Source of the DNA: Paramecium tetraurelia | Taxonomy: Eukaryota | Length of the DNA stretch: 30,119 bases | Assembly (NCBI GenBank): GCA_000165425.1 | Contig: CT868673.1 | Span: 124,001-154,119 of the forward strand | Direction of reading: 5' to 3' | In this document: positions 1 through 8,819 of the stretch, in pieces | Layout: each line of letters starts with the position of its first letter | Position numbering within the stretch: the first letter of the stretch is position 1 | Notes under the pieces: model-generated | Databases searched by the model: none | Told to the model about the DNA's origin: nothing | Seen by the model: the letters and a program-made list of their open reading frames with translations, nothing else | Program-made: the position numbers and the translations under genes

Positions 1-91
1 TTTTATGAACTGTGCACTCTCCAACTCTGAGAGTATCTTCACTATTGAGTTGCTTAGTGGATGGTCCTGATTTGAGTTATTCTGATATCAT
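1..91 (-). CDS. 5' end of a hypothetical protein (runs off the window)
   Basis: ATG at 91 after an AT-rich spacer; open frame MISEQLKSGPSTKQLNSEDTLRVGECTVHK in code 6. No motif recognised. Confidence 0.55.
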
Positions 92-223
92 ATAAATTTT
101 ATTAATATCTAAAAGTGAAATCACACATTCAAATTAAAAGTTTGTTTGACAAATAAGTGACTAGAGTTGGCATTATATGTTGAATGATTAATGTATTTAA
201 ATGTACGATATGTTATAATAACT

Positions 224-635
224 TCACAATCCCTTAATTTTATCTTCGACGAATTGTTTTTCATTTTCACTAACTTCAATTGCAAAATGTTTGAGTGCAA
301 CAGATGAACACTTTCTTGATTTGATCTTTTTAGTTTTAGTAAGGAATTTAGAAATACCAATCCATTCTCCCAACAAAGCTCCTTTTTCTACTTTCCAAAC
401 AGGGATTTAGAATTATTTAGCCAAAGCAACAATCAATTTCTTGTATGTGTCTTCAGTGCAATCATCAGCCAAAACCACGAATTTTGCCTAGAATGAAGAG
501 TATTCATACTTGTTTGCTTTCAATGGCTTTGCACACTTCGTGGACTCCCTTAGCCAACAATCCTCTATGTAATGATGTTTAAACAACTCTCTTTAAGGTT
601 GTGAGTTCTTCTGATAATTACTCGACTTCTGCCAT
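224..635 (-). CDS. RPS12: 40S ribosomal protein S12 (eS12), 129 aa
   Basis: MAEVEQ...GLLAKGVHEVCKAIESKQ^AKFVVLADDCTEDTYKKLIVALAK...LGEWIG...KCSSVAL...KIKGL*. One 22-nt intron at 488-509 (GTATGA..TCTAG). L7Ae-family eS12 motifs. Confidence 0.95.
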
Positions 636-745
636 AATAAATAATTTAAATCTTATTTAAATTAAGAAACTCTCTCTTATGAAATATTACAAAGTAAAGT
701 AAAAAATATACAATCACAATTATTTTCATTTCTATTGAAGCTATT

Positions 746-2113
746 TCACACCAATATAACTTAAGAGTTGTAGTGAATGTCTTTAACTAATTAAAACTTT
801 AATTCATCAGAATGTTTGATTCTAATAGTGCAGATAGGATGATCCAAATCCTAAAGTATTCTCATCTTGAACCTCAGAGATTGTCTTAATTCTTCTTTCT
901 TCTATAATACTTTGAGTTGATGTTCCTTCTTCTATTTCTCAAATCTAATCTTCTAACATTCCTTCCTTTGTTAATCAATTAAGGATTCCTGTTTTTGATT
1001 GATCTTTTGATAATGAGCATAAAAGTGATCAAAGTTTGCTCTAACTCCATCAAAGATCGAGGCTCTATTCCGATCAACTAGCATCAGTTTAACCTTTTTT
1101 TTATTCTTCTTCGTTCTATCAGCAATCATTAAGGTTCTATTGTTGGTTGTGTAAATGAGTGATTTGTTCAGTTGATGAACACCCAACTTGGTGTATGTAT
1201 CGACATCCCAACTCGATAGCATCGTTGGATTCTTAGGCCAAATCACGCCCTTATCCTTTGTTAGTTGATATTGTTCATCCATAAAGTCAATGAGATCTGG
1301 TGATAAGGACATCGGACAAAACTGATAGGAACACTCGTTGTTGGAACATGATTCAAAATACCTTGTTTCTGTTGTCTCTCTATTATTCCAATAGGTCTTC
1401 TGATTTGTAAAAACACTTCAGCTCCTTTAAGTTGCCAAATAAATCATTGCAATTATTGAATGTATTTACAAAGTTAAACTCCTCTTCTTTGATTAACTGC
1501 AATTTCAGCAACTCTCTCTATTTTACTTGTCTCAGCAAATTAAGTGCAATCAAGTTCTCATTCAATAGGATTTCCCTTGCAACATCAATACTTTGTATAT
1601 CCATGTGCTTCTATCGTTTTTACTTATAGGCCTTGCTAGGTCTAAAAGCCACATTCATTCGATAACTAAAATTGCTATAATAAATTTACTCATTCTCTTG
1701 AGCACGCATGAAGACTCTCAAAAGTGGCCTCTATAGTCTTTCAACTTTTTTATTATAATAGGTTTCATCATATTCCAATGTATTGAGTAACGAATATTGT
1801 TTAGAATAATTACGATTAGTATTCAGATGACGCCTAAGATCCAATTGCTGCATTACTTTGGGGTCAATGCCAGCTTCCAAATCTTCTTCATCGCAAGAGT
1901 ACTCGTTTTCATCAGGGTACACTATATTGGTGTGAATGTAAACAGTAGGCAATTTGAGTGCGGCCTAAGCAACAGTTGAAATAGTCACATAATTGGGTAC
2001 TTCAATTTGTTTACAGGGAATTGGCTATGTAGGATTGTAATGAGTACTTCCAACTGTTCGTAATCCCATTTTTCCTTCTTTACAAAAACCACATTCGGAT
2101 CAATGTTCTTCAT
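746..2113 (-). CDS. EPL1: Enhancer of polycomb-like (EPL1/EPC, NuA4 subunit) protein, with an unresolved frame break at 1353-1361
   Basis: 23-nt intron 2025-2047 and probable 24-nt intron 1666-1689. EPcA-like motifs IEVP..LPTVYIH..EYSCDEED, YYNKKVERLQRPLLR..NDYRMNVAFRP..LLRQVKQRELLK. The C-terminal part (MSLSPDLIDF...LMLVDRNR...VILV*) lies in the +1 frame after an in-frame TGA at 1353-1355. Confidence 0.7.
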
Positions 2114-2282
2114 TATTTTTAAGATTTAATTTTGTTTAATTTATACGCTTAAAGACAAAGAAGCACAATTCAAAAAGAGAATATCACATACATTTTATAG
2201 CCAAGAGAATATTACTGATCAAATATCCAACTATAAATAGTACTCTCTCCTTAATTGAATGACATATTATTAATTTATTAAA

Positions 2283-3456
2283 ATGTTTACAACAAGATTT
2301 GTCTATAGATTTGCTAAATCTGTACCTGTGGTCGATGTTACAGCCTTCCTTACCAAAAAGGGGGACACCTCTGCCCAATGTGCCCAGGTAGCAGAAGCTC
2401 TCCACAATTACGGAGCCATTTGCATCAAGGATCCAAGAGTTAACGATCGTCATAATGTCGACTTTTTGGATATGATGGAAAAGTATTTTGAATCAAGAGC
2501 TGCCAAATTCTATAACAATGAACAAGTATTCACATGCTTTTAATTCAAGGTCGAAGATATCTTCCCGAACTACGCATATTAAGTTGGAGCTACACCAGAG
2601 TTCGTCGAAAAGGCAAGAACACACAAAAATGTTGTCAAATAATACACCAAAGAAAATGAGGCTTTGACTCCATAACCAGCTCCCTATGTAATTTTTTCAT
2701 CCCTATTCCCAGGATGCCAAGTGGAGATTCTTTTGGCCCATCGATGACTCAGGCAAAAGACCCAAGGATGAAGAGTATTATACTTTCACTTATATTATCA
2801 TAGTTTCCAACCCCCAAGATTCAGACCCAAAGATGTTCCTTAGTTTGGAGAACGCATGGAATAATGGGGCAAGATGATGATCAATGGATGCTTGACAGTC
2901 GCTGAGATGGCTGCTATAGGTATGAGCATTCCAGCCGACTCGTTTACAAGTAGAATGTAAAATGGACCTCATTTACTTGCTCCAACTGGTTCCGATTTGG
3001 ATAGACACAAGCCAGGTACCATTTTTGCAGGATTTCATTACGATTTGAATTTCCTCACCATTCATGGTAAGAGTCGCTATCCTGGCTTGTATGTTTGGTT
3101 AAGAAATGGAGAGAGAATCTCAGTTGCTGTCCCAGAAGGCCACTTGCTCCTCTAAGCTGGTGCTCAATTTGATTTGCTTACTGGTGGCTATGTGACTTGT
3201 GGATATCATGAAGTATTTTTTTACAATATCTCCTCAGGTCATTTACACAGAAGAAGCCAAAAAAAAATATGAAGAAAATAAGAAGGCTGGAAAAAGTACA
3301 TGGAGAGTCTCCTCAACTCTGTTTTCACATATTAATTCTGATGTCACTCTCCAACCATTGGATAAATTTGCCAAAACAGGATTGTCACCTAAATATAAGC
3401 CAATTAAGGCATTTGACCAAGTCTAACAAGAATTAGAAGCCATCAAATTAAAGTGA
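2283..3456 (+). CDS. 2-oxoglutarate/Fe(II)-dependent oxygenase (IPNS-like superfamily)
   Basis: Introns 2526-2549, 2688-2712, 2775-2803, 3213-3237. HxD in GFHYDLNFLTIHGKSRYPGL, distal His in GYHEV, RxS in WRVSS. Arg-rich, acid-free N-terminus MFTTRFVYRFAKS. Confidence 0.88.
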
Positions 3457-4265
3457 TAATGAATATTCAAAAAATTTTTATATGGAAATAAAATTTATGA
3501 ATATATATCGAATTTTAAAACACGCAGTTTTAATCATCAATTCTTTATTGGTTATTTTCAATAACGATATTTAACTATCACTAGCTTAGATCAATATTTA
3601 TTAATAAAAGATACTTGAATATATTAATTATTTATTCAGCATTAATAATCAATAAAATAAAAAAGTATAAGCGATAATAAAATTCTCCTACCTAATTGAT
3701 CTATTTGTGAATCAAAAACAAAAAATAATGATCATAGACTATTAAATAATTAGAGACGTTTGGATTATTCTTTTTAAAAGTAAATTGAGATACAAAGATT
3801 TTGCAATATATTTATAATGCACATTATTTCAACAAAGAGAAAAAGAAAAATTAATTGTTATTTAATGAATTTTATCTTTGAAAGAAAAAACGTATCCAAT
3901 TTATGTATGATTATAAATTATTTTAGAAATGCAACCAATAATATAAAGTAATAAATCAAGATAGAATTTATAAACTTTAATTTTTGGTTGTAGTAGAATG
4001 TTACATTATTTCTTCATTTAAGTCCATAATAGAAAAAACAATTCCTATTCATTTGATAATATATAGGAGTATGCGAAAATAATAACCTATTCAATAAGTA
4101 AAATTAATTTGTTAGTCTATCAATAAACTTACCAAAAACTAAAAAATTAGTAATATCGATCAAATATTAGAATATAAGAAAATACAGACAGTAGCTAAAC
4201 AAGTTCTATTACTAATAATTAGATTAATTATTTATATCTAAACTTTTTTATAATATAAACTTTTA

Positions 4266-5210
4266 TCAAGATATATTTGAATTAGCTAATGTTTTGATAA
4301 CAATTGGACCTTAGGAAGTTACTAAAAGATAACCTAATTGATTTATGACTTAAATACCAACAAAAACTGCTTAAAGAATTTCATTTGTCATTAAATAAGG
4401 AGCAACTTTATCCCATTAGCGGATTTAGTTCTTCTTCCATTCCATCTTTGAAAATAGATGGATGTTCTTGAATTTTGACTCTCTCTCCAACTTTGCTTCC
4501 TGGAGCTGGCCTCATCAATTCTACTTATGTTTGAGAAGCATCGGATGCACATAAAACCATACCATTAGACATAAATCCTATTCAATATTAAAATGTATAC
4601 TAAAATTAAATAAAAAATTATAAAATTTGCTGTAAAATACCTGCCAATTTTCTTGGTTTAAGATTCACTATTACTATAACTTATCCAGTCATTTCTTCAA
4701 TAGGTACAAATTATTATAATCCTGAAGCAATTTATCTGACTTCTCCTCCAATATCAATCTCTTCACAATATCATTTATCTGATTCTTCATGCTAAAATTA
4801 ATTGATGAAGATACCTTCCAAACTCTCTTTAATTCACCAACTCTCATATCTATACATAAAAAATCTACAAGTGTTGGAGCAACTGCCATTTTGTCCTACT
4901 ACGGTTAAATTTTATTGTTGTTTTTTCTCTTATTATGGTTACTTTTCTTTTTTTTAAGGTTGTTCCTTTTTTGAAGTTATTCCGGCTATTTCTAATGATC
5001 TTTTGACTATTTCTAAGGTTCTTATTATTTCTGTTGAGGTTCTACCTATTATTCTACCTTTTGGTTTGATTAATTTTCTTATTTAGTATTAAGTTAAATA
5101 AATTCTGCAAATGGGGAAGGCTTATGCTCAACTCCTAGGCTTTCTTCTAACTAATAAATTATCGTTTCGAGTTTGGTTAAGGTCGATTTGAATTAGGATA
5201 TTCTGCTCAT
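4266..5210 (-). pseudogene. Pseudogene of an Arc1p/AIMP1(EMAP II)-type OB-fold tRNA-binding protein
   Basis: Domain motifs IDMRVG..VWK^HEESDK*YCEEIDIG..RQIASGL..VNLKPRKLAG^FMSNGMVLCAS..GSKVGERV. In-frame TGA at 4771-4773 where Leu is expected; frameshifting deletion near 4415-4422 (LNP../WDKVAPYLMTN); oversized 63-nt intron 4578-4640; other introns 4792-4814 and 4334-4357. Confidence 0.85.
4596..4634. mobile_element. Candidate retained or fossil IES (TA-bounded, 37 bp) inside the pseudogene intron
   Basis: Ends TATACTAA... and ...TTGCTGTA (reverse complement TACAGCAA) match the Paramecium IES end consensus TAYAGYNR at 7/8 and 8/8. Removing it shrinks the 63-nt intron to a normal 26 nt. Confidence 0.45.
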
Positions 5211-5315
5211 TTTAATATGTGTGGAATATTCAATAATCATTATTTAGGTATACTAAATTGAAGAAATTAAAATCATTAAATAGTATAAATAATAGTGAAA
5301 GAATTATAAATGGTA

Positions 5316-6764
5316 TCATTTTGTTTTTAATGGAGGTAGTACTCTTTTATGCTATTTAAGTTTCATTTTATTAGGAACTCCAAAAGACTCTTAAAACGAA
5401 GTAGGTATAAAATATTTGTTAACCATTTGAGTTGATCTCTGCTTCAAAGATCTTGCTGAAAAATTCTAACTTTTTTCGCATTTATCCTTTTCAAATACCA
5501 ATATATTCTCCATTGATTTTTTAAAATTAGTCTTCTATGTTAATGAAAAATCTAGAAACTTTCCTTAACAATCTGTCCTAGGAGTTGTGTGGCATTAATT
5601 TTTATGTTTGTTATTTATCTACAAGATCTTAAACTTATTTTGAGTTGGACTTGCACTTGTTTGATTTTACTAAAGAATTGAATTCTCTTGTCCTCCCTCT
5701 TTCACACTATCTTAAAAGGTTTAGGCTCTTGGTGAATTATGATAGATATATTGCAAGAAGAATAATAACTTAAATTACTATCATATTAAATTGTACATGC
5801 ATACCTATCGAATTTGTTATTCTTTTAAGAACTAGTCCAATTACTATTAATAGGTGAGTGGAATCTTTTCATGAAACTTCCTTGTAATCCATGGGTGCAT
5901 CAAGGCTTGACTTACATTGTATCTATCTATTGGGTTGACATTGATCAATTTAAAGAATAGATCTTTAGCCAAAGGAGATATATTTAATGGGATATCAATT
6001 GAAGGATTGAGGATCTTCTTAATGAATTCATATTTGGTGTCATCCTTATTATAGAAGGGATGCATTCCTCCATTTAAAAGCATATAGAGTATAATTCCAC
6101 AACTCCAGGCATCGACTTATTTGCTGTACTAAATAAATGTTAGAATAAGTAATCTACATATTTTTCAGTAAATTGTTCTGGTGCCATATAAATAATAGTT
6201 CCGCATTTTTTATTTAATAATTTATGAAAATTGCCTTCGCTGGATGAGAATCGAAAACTCAATCCAAAATCAGCAATTTTAACATTTGTTCCTGTCAACA
6301 TGATGTTTTCTGGTTTAATGTCTCTATGGATAATTGATCTATCATGCAGGTAATTCACTCCTTCCAAAATTGATTTCATGATAACTGCTGCTTCCTGATC
6401 ATTCAATTGTTTCTCTTTCATTTTCTAGGCTAAAGTGCCACCTTCCATGTATTCCATAATTATATAATAGTATTTTTTGTTTTCTGAAGTCTTAATAGAT
6501 ATTTTTTTACTCATACTCTTTTGCATCTCACAATATTGGGATGATTCAATTATAAATAGATATCCTATTCAGGAGTAGTACTATTGTAAACGATTTTCGA
6601 AATAACCTCTTAATTTATGTTGAATTTACCTTGACTGCACAAATGGATTTGTCTGTTAAATCAATTGCTTTATAGACTTTACCAAAACTACCCTCTCCTA
6701 TCTTGCATATTTCCTTCAACTAATGTAATTACTAAAGAAATTGAATGTTTTCACCTGTAAACAT
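5316..6764 (-). CDS. Ser/Thr protein kinase, CAMK-like
   Basis: IGEGSFGKV, AVK, HRDIKPEN, DFG, CGTIIYMAPE, DAWSCG. Four short introns, the first (6607-6629) ending in GAG. Low-complexity tail ending VLPPLKTK*. Confidence 0.92.
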
Positions 6765-6792
6765 CTTTAATTAGGTAGTTAAAATAAAATTA

Positions 6793-8067
6793 TCATTTAT
6801 ATTATAAAATAACTTATACATCTTATCTCTGTATCAATGTCTATAATTTATTCAGGTAGATCTCATACAAGTAATCACTGGCAGATGAATAAAATTCAAT
6901 TGCCTAGTTTCATATCAACTGCAATATATTACTTATTGATATAAGTCCATCAGTTTATTAATTGTCTATTGATTAAATTTCTTATCAATTTCATTCTCCA
7001 ATTAATTTAGATTCTTCATAATTGAGTTGATCTTCTATCTCTCAGCCAATTGCTAATCCCCAAATGCCATATAAGAATTTGATGTCATGCGCACATGCTG
7101 ATATTGATTCAATCTCCTTAAAAACAATCTGATGAACTTGTCATATTCATTTAGAGTAAATATCTATTGTTCTTCTTGTTTGTTTTTATAATTCTTCCAT
7201 GTGATTGATAATTATGTGCTATTATCTTTCTTTCTTTTTAGTTAGATACAACTCTACAGTGGAGCCCTGAATATCAGTCTAACATAATCATCCTTCCCTT
7301 CTATCATCTCAAATAAATAAAAATGAGCATCACTCAATCCAATCAACCTTATTATTTATATATATATTCTAACCTCACTTAAATATTTTAGAAAAAGGCA
7401 TTCTATTATTTTAAATCGTTGGAAATCTGGCTAAATCTGGAAAATCCTTCAATTCATCTATTGAATATGAACTACCTAAATAATATTGACCTATGTTTTA
7501 AAGATAGATCTTATCAAATCTATTCAATAATACACGATCCTATGATCATAACATTAAGTGGAATACTAAAAATGATGGGATCTATTTAATTATGGAAACT
7601 AAAGATAATTTGTAATTCCAAGGCTGCAACAATACATCAGCTATCAGGTTTCTGCCATCTGCCAAAGTAGGCCTAACGAACTTAACTAAATAACTAGAAT
7701 TACAGTGGTTTTGGCAACTATTCTCACATCCTTCACTGGATATTGAGTACCAATTTATATTGTAAAGACAATCAAATCTATATTTTATAATTCATTATTT
7801 GCATAGACTTCTACTTTTTATTTGATCCCAAACTTATTATTGATAACCATTATTACATCTAATTCTATCCATCTTTTTGATTTTGTATTTTGAACAAAAT
7901 TTAATTCATATTTCTCTTTGGTGCATAATGATACGACTTCATTCATTTCTAATTTATTATTGCTCTCAACCTGCCGTGAATCGTTTAACTTGCCCTTCCA
8001 TGCTAAACAACTCTTTTGACCATTAAATAATAGCTTCAATCTTTGAATTTTCAACTTGAACATCCAT
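6793..8067 (-). CDS. UBC/RWD-like (no catalytic Cys) plus PH-like domain protein; possible frameshift near 7410
   Basis: N-terminal FTIQIGTQYPVKDVRIVAKTT^FVRPTLADGRNLIADVLLQPW resembles the E2 fold pattern. Then LIGLSDAHFYLFE..LSITWK (beta-rich, PH-like) and a helical C-terminus (LMDLYQQ^AIEFYS). Five short introns. Frame join at 7348-7378 is ambiguous. Confidence 0.65.
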
Positions 8068-8819
8068 TTTTATATAATATAATTATATTAATTAATTATA
8101 GTATGAAAAATTAATTAGAAAAAAAGAGATTTAAAAAGATTAGTCATTTAAGTCAGAAAAGAATAACCAAAATCTTACTACCACATAACATGGATACTAA
8201 AAAAATATAATATTTTATCATTAAATCTGCTTTGATGTTTTATAAACTTGATTTAAATAATTTATACTTATTTTACATTAAATATCAAATTCTGATATAG
8301 AGTATAAAAATAATTTATTTTTATTATTTTTTCATAATTTAAATTATAGATGATGTATTCAAATCTTAACAATGACAAACTTATACCTTATAAATTATCT
8401 TTGGTTTTTCATGATATGATGAATGTGTGCAAGGTTATTATAGAGAGATAGAGAATAAACTAAAAAATAATTAATTTGTCACAATCATTTTATTAAAATT
8501 CCCAGATATTTATACGAAAAACATAAAGATTTATTGGCTATTATAAAAATTCTATATAAACTATATTAAAGTTCTATAAAATAAATCATTCTACAATTAT
8601 GTTAAATTAAATTAATGAAAATAGTTTAATAATAAATTATCTTCTTTTTAAGATGCTAATTTTAAGTTTTTCTTTACTTAACTGTTATAAATATATTGAA
8701 ATTATATAAGCTAATAACATATGAGATTACATATCTAATACTTTACTCTCAAAACTAAATAATTATTAATTTAAGACAAAGTAAAATTTTGTTATAAAAT
8801 GAAATTAATTAACATATAT

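Noticed and set aside
1359..1385. TA-bounded 22- or 25-bp segment as a retained IES explaining the EPL1 frame break
   Set aside because: Below the 26-bp IES minimum, purine-rich and coding-like, with poor end consensus.
669..2250. Shared ACTCTCTC motif near the RPS12 start and in the 2114-2282 divergent spacer
   Set aside because: Only two low-complexity instances, with inconsistent orientation and distance relative to the nearest ATG.
4771..4773. In-frame TGA as selenocysteine or read-through
   Set aside because: It aligns to a conserved Leu rather than Cys, no SECIS-like hairpin is evident, and the gene has other disabling lesions.
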